64,000 nucleotides of DNA from Eledone cirrhosa (Eukaryota), in the NCBI GenBank assembly GCA_964016885.1, contig OZ024744.1, positions 86,428,001-86,492,000 of the forward strand, read 5' to 3'. Positions 53,471 through 64,000 of the stretch are shown here, piece by piece. A program made the position numbers and the translations under genes. Numbering within the stretch: position 1 is the first letter of the stretch; each line of letters begins with the position of its first letter. Under the pieces are notes generated by a model. It did not search any database. It saw only the letters and a list, made by a program, of their open reading frames with translations, and was not told where the DNA came from.

Positions 53471-53708
53471 TTATTATTATTATTATTATTATTGAATGCC
53501 ATGGTTGACGGAGGCTCGGCTCTGTAAGGTATAGTAATTTTTAACCGTTAAAACAATTGTAAATTGTTTAAAACTTGAACCAAATTGTTGATAAAGACAC
53601 CCTCCTCCTCGTGAGAGGGGTCTTTCTGTCTGTTATTTGGCCCTTCGGGGTTAAATAACCAGTTATTGGGGTTTTGTACCCAAAATTTCATTTTAAACAA
53701 AAAACAAC

Positions 53709-55805
53709 ATGGCTATGAAAAAGAAATTTCATACGTCACTCCCACTCATTCCGTCTTCTTCTTCCTCAATCATCACTACAGCAGAGAGAAGATTGTCTCT
53801 CTCCCTCCCTTCTTTAAATGTGTCTCTCTCCCTCCCTTCTCTTTCGCAAGTGACGAAAGAAAAGAAAAGTCTCGTGCAAAGCGTGCAAGGTTTCTCCACG
53901 ACGACGACGACAGCGACGAAACAGGTGTGCGGGAAATACGAAAACCCAGTTCATTCGTCTGACGTCAGGAATAATAGCAGTAACAGCCGTAATAACAACA
54001 GCAACAGTGACAATGAAAACAACAGTAGCAGCCGCAACAGCATCACCAGCAGCATAAACAACAACAGCATTAGCAGCAGCAACACCAACAACAACCACAG
54101 CAACAACGGCGGAGGCAGTAGTCGTAGTACCTGCAGCAACAACAAAAGTACCAGCAGCTCTGACGACAACAACAACAGCAGAGAAAAACCAATCTCATTT
54201 GCAGGTATTGCGAAAAACTTGGAAACAATCCTCATAACAAATGAGGAATTAGAGGAAGCGAAGAAGATGTTGACAAAGAACGGACACCGAGCAATCTGCA
54301 AGGCAGCGAAAAATTTTTTCGAAACCCAAGAGCACTGTACGGTCACGTACCGTACAGTAAGTACAAAATCCCGTAGGGTGGAAAGAGCCACAGAGGCCTA
54401 AATACAAAAAGCCTTGGGGTCTGTGTGGCAGAGGAAAACGCACATCACCCGAGGCAAAAAATACGCCACCGTAGACGTACTTTTTGCCACACCCCAGGAG
54501 GCAAAGGCCCAATCAGTAGTGACCCTAAGGAGCGAGGAAATGGTGTTGGTGCCCTCCTACTGCGGGCAAAAAATTGTGAGGGTCAAACTGACCCACGTCC
54601 CCCCCGGAATGACCCCTTCTTGGCTGGCCGCGTCTGTCCTCGTCGGAATCGAGGACAAAACAACTGTACTGCAAGTACAGAAAAAAGTAAGAGAAGATTG
54701 GGTCGGCTCCTCCATTGAGATGCTAATCCAAACCAACCAGGAGTGCATCGAAGCTATCCCGGATGTGATAGACTTCGATAACGGCACTCAACTGCCCATA
54801 AGTGTTGAGGGCAAACGCCCGAAATGCTTTCGCTGTGGATCGAAGACTCACCTCAGGGCCTTCTGCAACGAGAAGACCCTGAGAAAGGAGAAAACCCCCC
54901 TCCTTCCGAATCCGGCTCCACGGCTACCAGCAACAGGACAAGCGGCAACCAGGAACGATTGGTCCGTGGCACCCATACCCACTCCACGGAAATCAAAGAC
55001 AGCAGCAGCAGTGGAAATATTAACAACAACAACAGCAATACCAAATGCAGCTGCAACAGAGACTCCAGTGCAAACATCACCAACAACAACAAGTGAAAGA
55101 GTGGAGCTGGTACCCCTCCCCGACCTTACAGAATCAGACATGGAGTGTGAGGTGGGAGAGGGATGGCAAAAGGTCGCAAGAAGGCACAAACGCAGAAGCA
55201 GCGCATCGTCGCCTTTGAAAAGGGAGGAAAGAAATGAGAAAAGGGTAAAGTCTACTGCAAAGAGACCCACAGCAGCAACACCACCAACACCATCACCACC
55301 CACACCAGCACCACCATCACCACCGGCGACAACCCCACCGCCAACAACACCTTCAACACCACCACCACAAGCACCAACATCGCAAACACAACAACAAAAC
55401 ACACACACCCAGCAACAACGACAAGAAAATAGCAGAACCACACCCCACCCCCAGAAAAACAAATGCACGGTAATAAACACACACAACAAGAAACTAATGA
55501 CTTACATAATTGAACACACAGACATTTCACAACAGGACTACATAATACCAGCACCAATCAAAACGCCAACTAACATAAGACTGCTAAAAATAGCACAGAA
55601 ACAATACACAAACATTAAAACGAAATTCCCCAACGCAGTTGGTGATTTCAGGGACCTAGGAGGAACCATCAATCGAAGAGTATATTCAGACATTCTCTTA
55701 GAAGAGCCGACGACCAGCCGAAGGGACGATTCAACGGTCCCTTCACCAGACGATCAAGTGAAAAGGGATGTAAAAACCATCCCTCCTCTACCAAAAGTAC
55801 GGTAA
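53709..55805 (+). pseudogene. ORF1 type B with one premature stop (CAA>TAA at 54399-54401)
   Basis: ORFs 53709-54401 and 54414-55805 are in the same frame and match 39981-42074. Confidence 0.9.
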
Positions 55806-55840
55806 GTGGTCTTTCCCATCTTTTCCACTCTATTTTAAAC

Positions 55841-58800
55841 ATGACCTCACTCAGAATAGGCAGCATAAATGCGCGTGGCTTGGGGTCGTCATGGAAGCAG
55901 GGTCACCTGCTCAACGACCTCAGGTCACTAAACATAGATGTAGTGGCCATCAGCGAGACCAGAATCTCCGAAGCACGGGCCTTCGCACCGATCTTCGGCG
56001 GCTACGATGTGTACGCATCTCCCAGCCGTCCTGGATCGGGTGGAGGAGTTGCTGTGCTTTTCCGGAGAGGTTTGGATCTCGCCATACGGGCCATCTTCCT
56101 GGACCCAGAGGGTAAGCTGGTGGTGCTGGACGTGACCAGCGGCGACGGGCAAGCTTTCAGGCTAGTGGCCGTCTATGCCCCGACAGGAGCAGGGCGGCCT
56201 GATTTCTTCCGGCGTCTGGAGACCTTTCTTGGAACGTCCCGCTCTTTAGTGTTAGTGGGCGACAGGAACGGGATCTTAGATGCACGCTGGGACTGTGTGG
56301 GATTAGCGGATAGGGGTGGAGGGTGCAAGAGCCTCACCAACCTGCTCAGGCGTTTTGAACTGTCTGACAGGTACCGATTGGATTTCCCGAATGTGCCAAT
56401 GTGGACTTGGACAAACCGCATAGGGTCATCCAGATCATATCTAGATAGAGTATTTTGTAGGGAAATAGATAGGTCTAGCATAGGCTGTCCACAATTCAAG
56501 ATAGTCAGCTACACGGACCACAAATTCGTGACCTGTGTGCTTGACTTAGATAGGCTTCATAGACAAGGACCCGGCTACTGGAAGCTAAACGCGTCCTTAC
56601 CAGCGCGCAAGGCCTACAGAGACCGGATTAGCGAACTAGTTAAGCGGGCGTTGACGGGGGCCATCGTCAACAACAAGTGGTGGTTTGCTCTGAAAAGAGC
56701 GATTAGAATAGAATCGATTAGGTTTAGTAAGGCTTTAGCAATAGAGAAAAATAGAGCAGAGGGAGAACTAGTTAGAAAATTAGACGAGGCGCTTAGCAAA
56801 GGCATTGCGACCGACGTGCTTGCGGCGAAATTGGCCCTTGACCAATTCTTCAATGCAAAGCACGAAGGCTGCGTTGTCAGAGCTAGGGTGCGTGCTCTCA
56901 GACACGAGGGGACGAAAGCCGTTCAATGGGCCCGAGTGGCGGAGGCGCGTCGTGGCAACAAAGCCACGATCCGGTCTTTGGTGGACCACGACGGGCGCAT
57001 GCTACTCGATCCCGGGCAAATGTGTGAAGCTTTTCAGCGACACTTCGCTCAGCTGTTCGGGGGCAGCGGGGGGCCGGGTAGAGGGATGGACTTTAGTGTC
57101 TACCTCGACGGACTGCCGCGGCTCTCGGCCACTGAGGCGAAGTGTTGCGAAAAGCCGATAACAGCCGCTGAAGTAAGGGAGGCAATGACTGGCTGCAGAA
57201 GGGGTAAATCGCCTGGTTTGGATGGTCTGCCCTATGAACTTTACGTACAGATGCCAGACTTGTTCGGAGGCCTCTTAGCGGACGTCTACTGCAACTGGCA
57301 ACAGAACGGGAGAATTCCCAGTTCTGTGAGCCGAGGAGCGGTGGCACTGCTGAGAAAGGATCCGAACAAGGGGGATAACATAGACAATTTCCGGCCCATA
57401 ACTCTGCTAAACACAGAGTTTAAGATTTTGGCCAAGGTGCTAGCAAAGAGGTTGGCGCTTGTCGTTGGTGGTCTGGTGGGAGAGGCGCAGACATGCGCCA
57501 TTCCCGACAGATCCATCCACGACAACCTCCACCTCATGCGATACATCGTAGAGAGGGTAGCTAGGGAACCTGGCACGGGTGGGTCCTTGATCAATTTAGA
57601 TCAGTCGAAAGCTTTCGATAGGGTCGACCATCGTTACCTAGCGGCAGTCCTGAGGGCGGCTGGCTTTGGGCCCGTCTTCAGAGGCTGGATCGCTGCCATG
57701 CACAGCGACATCTGCTCTGTGGTGAGAGTGAACGGTCACCTGTCGGAACCGTTCAACATCATGCGCTCGGTCCGCCAAGGATGTCCCCTCTCGTCCCTCT
57801 TGTACGTATTGACTCTCGAGCCATTACTGCACAAACTGGAGACGTTGAGGGGAGTCCCGCGCGAACTAGGATGCGGAAGATCCGTGTCAGCATATGCGGA
57901 CGATGTCACCGTAATGGTGTCGAACGCCAAACACATCGAGGCGATCGGCACTACACTAAGAGAATACGAAGCGGTGACAGGAGCAATGATCAACCAGGAA
58001 AAGTCAGTGGGCCTGCAGCTCGGCACCTGGAGAGGCAGGTCCATGCCGTCCAACAGCGTCGTCGGGCGCTGGACGGACGGACCGGTTAAATTGCTAGGGG
58101 TCTGGTTCGGTCCGGACCTCCAGACGGACAAAAACTGGGACGAGGTGACGAGCAGGGTGGCTTCTCTCACCCAGAAATGGGCCGAGAGGAAGCTATCCCT
58201 GAAAGGTCGAGCGGAGGTGGTTAACGCGTACATCGCGTCTGTCATCTGCTACCGCCTCACCGTCGTACCTTGTCCTAAGCCTCGCCTGACTGCGCTGGAG
58301 CGTTTGCTCTTTCGCTTTTTGTGGAAGGGACGTGCTCCGATGGTCAGGCGGTCCATCTGTTGTCAACACCCGCTACGTGGAGGGCTGGGCATGCCGTGGC
58401 TGATGATGCGCAGGCACGCGCTCAGGCTACGACATCTCCACCTCTTCCTCGACGGTGATCAGGTGTGGTCGCCGTTTGCTAGACGCGTTTTTCCCCAGCT
58501 CGTTTCCTTGACGGAGCTGCAGTCCTGGGTCAAGCGAAGACCGAGAGGGAGCGCCTGGAGACTGGAATGTCTTCAGGCGCTCACAGCCCTCGACCAATCG
58601 GGCAATGTGATCGGTGGAAACTCCACCTCGGCGTTCTATAGAGGATTAGTGGAGGGGAAGAGCGACGACGTACTTGGGGAAACTCTAGGCGTCGACGAAA
58701 ATCAACTAGCCAATCTCTTCGGAAGAACTTTCGGGCCAGGGCCTATGGACAACTTCCAGAAATCTCTGGCCTGGCAGTGCTACCGAGGAGCCTTGCCAGT

Positions 58801-59260
58801 TCGGGATAAACTCTACAGGCATGGAGGTGCCGTCAGCCGGGCATGTCCGAGATGCGCGCAGGGCGACGAAACCGTCCTGCACGCACTCCTCCAGTGTCCG
58901 AAAATTGCTGACTTGTGGGTTTATGTCGAACACCTGCTGTCGCGTTTAGGACGGATCCAGCTATCATCTGAGTCTATCGTGAGGATTGCCCCGCCCTCCT
59001 CCTTTAGCCGGGAAGGGCAGGCAGTTTTTATCTGTCTGGTGGCCATGGCGAAAGAGATAGTATGGTGGACACGTTTGAAAGGGCTGAAGACGAGCACTTA
59101 CCTCTTCGGTGATGCTCTGATTGACTTTTTCAAATTTCATTTGAAAAGGAAAATCAGAGTAGAGAGGGAAGTGCTCTCTTCCCAGCATTTTGTTGAAAGA
59201 TGGGTGAGAGAAGCAAGAATGGCCCGAGTGAATGGGCCGACTCTGAGTATATATCTGTAA
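55841..59260 (+). CDS. ORF2: APE endonuclease, RT, CCHC finger (open)
   Basis: 1139 aa with all motifs of 32603-36022, including DQSKAFD and YADD. Confidence 0.95.
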   Translation: MTSLRIGSINARGLGSSWKQGHLLNDLRSLNIDVVAISETRISEARAFAPIFGGYDVYASPSRPGSGGGVAVLFRRGLDLAIRAIFLDPEGKLVVLDVTSGDGQAFRLVAVYAPTGAGRPDFFRRLETFLGTSRSLVLVGDRNGILDARWDCVGLADRGGGCKSLTNLLRRFELSDRYRLDFPNVPMWTWTNRIGSSRSYLDRVFCREIDRSSIGCPQFKIVSYTDHKFVTCVLDLDRLHRQGPGYWKLNASLPARKAYRDRISELVKRALTGAIVNNKWWFALKRAIRIESIRFSKALAIEKNRAEGELVRKLDEALSKGIATDVLAAKLALDQFFNAKHEGCVVRARVRALRHEGTKAVQWARVAEARRGNKATIRSLVDHDGRMLLDPGQMCEAFQRHFAQLFGGSGGPGRGMDFSVYLDGLPRLSATEAKCCEKPITAAEVREAMTGCRRGKSPGLDGLPYELYVQMPDLFGGLLADVYCNWQQNGRIPSSVSRGAVALLRKDPNKGDNIDNFRPITLLNTEFKILAKVLAKRLALVVGGLVGEAQTCAIPDRSIHDNLHLMRYIVERVAREPGTGGSLINLDQSKAFDRVDHRYLAAVLRAAGFGPVFRGWIAAMHSDICSVVRVNGHLSEPFNIMRSVRQGCPLSSLLYVLTLEPLLHKLETLRGVPRELGCGRSVSAYADDVTVMVSNAKHIEAIGTTLREYEAVTGAMINQEKSVGLQLGTWRGRSMPSNSVVGRWTDGPVKLLGVWFGPDLQTDKNWDEVTSRVASLTQKWAERKLSLKGRAEVVNAYIASVICYRLTVVPCPKPRLTALERLLFRFLWKGRAPMVRRSICCQHPLRGGLGMPWLMMRRHALRLRHLHLFLDGDQVWSPFARRVFPQLVSLTELQSWVKRRPRGSAWRLECLQALTALDQSGNVIGGNSTSAFYRGLVEGKSDDVLGETLGVDENQLANLFGRTFGPGPMDNFQKSLAWQCYRGALPVRDKLYRHGGAVSRACPRCAQGDETVLHALLQCPKIADLWVYVEHLLSRLGRIQLSSESIVRIAPPSSFSREGQAVFICLVAMAKEIVWWTRLKGLKTSTYLFGDALIDFFKFHLKRKIRVEREVLSSQHFVERWVREARMARVNGPTLSIYL

Positions 59261-59519
59261 ACTAAAGGTGGAAAACTGGGAGAGGGCACTTGCCTTGGTG
59301 GTCAGGGTCATTGTGGCTTTTTACTGGGCTTTCTCCACAAATGTCCCTCCGAAGTCTCCCCCCTATTTGGGAATTTTTCATTGTTATTTTCATTGTTATT
59401 TTTGTTACATCCTCTGTTTTTGTTTTTTACACGCAGAAATGCCCATTTGTACCGTCCTGCATTGTCCTGCACTGTCCTTAATGTCTACTTTATGTAAACC
59501 CTTGTGGTTAATAAAGAAA

Positions 59520-59587
<68 letters not shown>

Positions 59588-59588
<1 letters not shown>

Positions 59589-60295
59589 CTTGAATCTCAG
59601 TCATTGATGTTAGTTAACTGGAAAGTCCGTTGGAATGAATATCAAGCCACTAGCTGCAGCCTCAGATATTCAGGACGTATCGGAGGGTTCTTGCTGTTCC
59701 CAGCAAACATGCCTTTTGAAGCGTTCCAAAAAGCGTGAAGGGGCCGATTGACAATCGGGATCACTTTGACTTCATGGCAGTTCCAAATCCTTTTTACCTC
59801 CCACTTTAAGTCCTGGTATCGGTTAATTTTCTCCCTCTCCTTCTCTTGCACTCTCGTGTCGAATGGGCAGGCCACATCCACAATCAGACACGATCTTTTT
59901 TCTTTGTCCACAACCACCAGGTCAGGTCTATTGTGTTCCAGTTTCTTGTCCGTCTGTATCCTAAAATCCCACAGCACCTTCACCTGATCGTTCTCCATCA
60001 CCGCCTCTGGCTTATGCTCATACCATTTCTCAGTGTGTGGTAAATTGTTTACTTTGCACAGGTGCCAGTGGATTACCCTGCCCATCACATCATGTCTCCA
60101 GCCCTTATAGTGGGTCTGGGCTAGGTGTTTACACTCGGATACAATGTGAGCCACAGTCTCCTCTCTCCACAGATCCTGCACAGTGGGCTAGCCTCCACCT
60201 TGTAAATATGGTGTTTCAACCACTTCGTTTTGAGGGCCTGCTCCTGCGCAGCCATTAACATTCCTTCTGTAGCCTTTTTAAGGTCTCCTCTTCTC

Positions 60296-60296
<1 letters not shown>
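59588..60296 (-). mobile_element. R4/Dong-clade RLE LINE, family X copy 2, heavily 5'-truncated
   Basis: ETVAHIVSEC, RHD, NRPDL, IVDVACPFD, EK. The 3' end is homologous to 36309ff, and (TTA)n lies on both sides. Confidence 0.92.
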
Positions 60297-60363
<67 letters not shown>

Positions 60364-63300
60364 GGCGACCTACGTAGTAAATCGTATTATCGTGAGTTCC
60401 GCAAAGGTTTGTTATTTTCAGTTGTTTAAAATTGCGATTTACGGAAATATTTATTGTTAACTGTATATAAGTGCACATACATTGTTATCTGAAAAGGACA
60501 CTCAAAAAGATTGGGGTCTTGAGCCCAAAATTTAAACTTTTATAATTATCAAAGAAAAACATTTTCTTTAAAAAAATCATGGATGATTCACAGCCACACC
60601 TTCCTCACAAACTAACACCTCACACCGACACCACTATTGCAAATATTACTACGTTTGCCAACACTAAAAATATAAACAGTAGCAATATTTTAAATTTGTC
60701 TCATGCAGACATTCATTTCCCGCCATTACCAATGACTGCAGGTGTTGAGGCCGCCACCCCCACCAACACAACAGCGACAACAGAAATAAAAGAAAAAAAT
60801 AAATTATCTCGTGACATGAAATGGATTCACCCAGAATGATTCACCCAGAATGGACTCTTCGACACCGAACACCACTGACGCCACCACCACCACAACTGAA
60901 TCTAAAAATAACAATAACAAAAATAACGATAACAACAACAGCAACAATGAAATTAAGAAAACCACCCTGTCTTTTGCCAGAGTAGCAAAAAAGTGCGAAG
61001 CATTCCAGGTAACTCAGGAATAATTAGAAGAAGCCAAAAAAATGGTAAAGAAAGATGGGTTCAGGGTCAGCCTCACCCCCACTCCCCACCTAATAAATGG
61101 AGCACGGCGCTTATGCACTCTTTCTTATCGGACGATTAACATAAAATCGCGCCGAGTGAAACGGGCATCCAAGTCTCAAATCCGAAAAGCTTTGGGACAT
61201 GTGTGGGCAAAAAAACCCCACATCAGACGTGGGCAGAAATATGGAACCGTGGACTTGTTCTTTGGAACACCACAGGAGGCCAGAGAACACTCCATGGCCC
61301 CATTAAGAAGTGACGACTTCACACTCGTCCCAAGCTATTGTGGCCAGAGACTCTTAAAGATCAGGGTGATCACGTTCCACCGACCATCGAAATTCCCTGG
61401 CTGATAGCTGTCGTCCTCGCCGGCATCGAAGCCAACACCAAGATAATAGCAATAGCGAAAGAAAAGCAGGAGAACTGACCCGGATCTGGGATGGAGCTCC
61501 TGATACAAGCGGACCAAAAAAGCATTGAGGAGATCCCAGAGGTAATAGACCTCACTGACGGCAGCCACCTCACGGTAATCGTCGAGGACAGAAGGCCTAG
61601 GTGTGTCGTTTGTGGTGAAGGAACCCAACTAAGGGCTTTCTGCCCTCAGGCTAAAAGGTTGAGGCCACCTCTCTTACCCACCCCAGTGACTCAACCATCA
61701 ACACCACCAGCAGCAGAAATGGCAGCAACAACTGTAGCAGCAACAACAGAAGCAACTGTAACAGCAACAACCCCAGCAACAGTAGCAAAACCAACACGAC
61801 CACCACCCAACACGCCATAACTAACACCAGAGCCTACACCATCGACCACGCCACAACCAAAGCCAATGCCTGTGGAGAATTTTCCACTCCCCGACCTATC
61901 GCAACTGGAGACAGATTGTGACGACGAGGAGTGGGAAACGGTATCAGAAAAAAAGAAAAAAAGAAAAAGAAACCCAAAAAAGAAAAAATCCCCTCCCTTC
62001 CCCCTTCAAAAACAAAATTCAGAGGAAAACAAATAAACTATCAAACAAAAAAGTTAGGACAGCTATGCCACCATCCACACCAGCATCACCAACCCCATCA
62101 CCACAAACACCAACACCATCACCATCATTAACCCCAGCACCACCATCACCAACACCACAAAAGTCACCAAAAAGCGTAACAGAAACAAACCCACAACAAA
62201 CGCAATCAAAACAAAACAACCAAAACGATACACACTACACAGCATTAAATTTGAACAACAATACAATTATTACACTACATCCAACACAACACCAGCATCA
62301 CAGAAAAAGACTACACAACAACCCAAATGTTCACACCACCTCCACACATACAAATCACACGCATCACACAGAAAACGACACTAAAACAATAATTAGTACA
62401 CGACACTAAAACAATAATTCCCCAAAGACATCGGAGACTTCCGACAAAAACACTCCAGGAGGATTTATAAGGACATCCTTCCGGAGGAGGCCACAAGCAG
62501 TGAAAAGGATGGAAAAACCGTCCTTCCTCTACGAGAAGTAAGGTAAGTGGTCTTTCCCATCTTTTCCACTCCATTTCAACATGACCTCACTCAGAATAGG
62601 CAGCATAAATGCGCGTGGCTTGGGGTCGTCATGGAAGCAGGGCCACTTGCTCAACGACCTCAGGTCACTAAACATAGATGTAGTGGCCATCAGCGAGACC
62701 AGAATCTCCGAAGAAGGGGCCTTCGCATCAATCTTCGACGGCTACGATGTGTTCGCATCTCCCAGCCTTCCGGGATCGGGGGGAGGTATTGCTGTGCTTT
62801 TTCGGAGAGGTTTCGATCACGCCAATCGGGCCATCTTCCTGGACCCAGAAGGTAAGTTGGTGGTGCTGGACGTGACCAGCTGAGACGGGAAAGCTTTCAG
62901 ACTAGTGGCAGTCTATGCGCCGACAGGAGCAGGGCGGCCTGATTTCTTCTGGCGTCTGGAGACCTTTCTTGGAACGTCCCGCTCTTTAGTGTTAGTGAGC
63001 GACTGGAACGGGATCTTAGATGCACGCTGGGACTGTGTGGGATTAGCGGATAGGGGAGGAGGCTGCAAGAGCCTCACCAACCTGCTCATGCATTTTGAAC
63101 TGTCTGCCAGGTACCGATTGGATATCCCGAATGTGGACTTGGACAAATCGCATAGGGTCATCCAGATCATATCTAGATAGAGTATTTTGTAGGGAAATAG
63201 ATAGGTCTAGCATAGGCTGTCTACAATTCAAGATAGTCAGCTACACGGACCACAAATTCGTGATCTGTGTGCTTGACTTAGATAGGTTTCATAGACGAGG

Positions 63301-64000
63301 ACCCGGCTACTGGAAACTAAACGCGTCCTTACAAGCGCGCAAGGCCTACAGAGAACGGATCAGCGAACTAGTTAAGCGGGCGTTGACGGGGGCCATCGTC
63401 AACAACATGTGGTGATTTGCTCTGAAAAGAGCGATTAGAATAGAGTCCATTAGGTTTAGTAAGACTTTAGCAATAGAGAAAAATAGAGCAGAGGGAGAAC
63501 TAGTTAGAAAAGTAGACGAGGCGCTTAGCAAAGACATCGCGACCGACATACTTGCGGCGAAATTGGCCCTTGACCAATTCTTCAATTCAAAGCACGAAGG
63601 CTGCGTTGTCAGAGCTAGGGTGAGTGCTCTCAGACACGAGGGGAGGAAAGCCGTTGAATGGGCCCGAGTGGCGGAGGCGCGTCGTGGCTACAAAGCCACG
63701 ATCCGGTCTATCGTGGACCACGACGGGCGCATGCTACTCGATCACGGGCAAATGTGTGAAGTTTTCAGCGACACTTCGCACAGCTGTTCGGGGTCATCGG
63801 CGGGCCGGGTAGAGGGAACGACTTTAGTGTCTACCTCGATGGACTGCCGCGGCTCTCGGCCACTGAGACGGAGTACTACTACGAAAAGCCGATAACAGCT
63901 GCTGAAATACGGGAGGCAATGATTGGCTGCATAACGGGTAAATCGCCTGGCTTGGATGGTCTGCCCTATGAACTTTACGTACATATGCCAGACTTGTTCG
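60364..64000 (+). mobile_element. L1/Tx1-clade LINE, type A copy 2, decayed, runs off the window
   Basis: Starts GGCGACCTACG after (TTA)n at 60297-60363. ORF1 remnants lie at 60579-62546 and ORF2 remnants start at 62581, both with stops and frameshifts. Confidence 0.93.

Larger units (their letters stand above)
53494..59521 (+). mobile_element. L1/Tx1-clade LINE, type B copy 2 (full length)
   Basis: Same GAATGCCATGG start as 39768, followed by (TTA)n at 59522-59587. Confidence 0.95.

Noticed and set aside
32690-59311. Recurrent antisense and overlapping ORFs (e.g. the 169-aa MTDAMYA..., 102-aa MIKDPP...)
   Set aside because: They recur only because the ORF2 DNA is repeated, and they carry no independent motifs.
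30419-64000. Array as a simple tandem or segmental duplication
   Set aside because: Same-family copies have different neighbours, truncation points and private lesions (X follows A1 and B2; Y follows B1 and D).

Overview
AT-rich, microsatellite-rich eukaryotic DNA that is almost entirely transposon-derived. The SINE and LINE repertoire suggests a cephalopod (Octopus-like), which is an inference. No host protein-coding gene is supported. Positions 1-30.4 kb are a dispersed repeat mosaic: an intact RTE-clade LINE with an embedded PHD finger, two Penelope-like elements, decayed CR1/RTE/CRE/R4 fragments, tRNA-derived SINEs, a Helitron 3' end, fold-back elements, and hammerhead ribozyme motifs (two with a U3-A8 core variant). 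Positions 30.4-64 kb are a gap-free array of ten non-LTR retrotransposons joined only by (TTA)n tracts. Six L1/Tx1-clade (APE) elements all lie on the + strand and are interleaved with four R4/Dong-clade (restriction-like endonuclease) elements that all lie on the - strand, meeting tail-to-tail. Within the Tx1-like elements, two different 5'UTR/ORF1 modules are joined to a near-identical ORF2. All five ORF1-ORF2 junctions carry a G|GTAAGT splice donor. In the four A/B copies it overlaps the ORF1 stop, and removing a 52-53 nt GT-AG segment would fuse ORF1 to ORF2 in frame.
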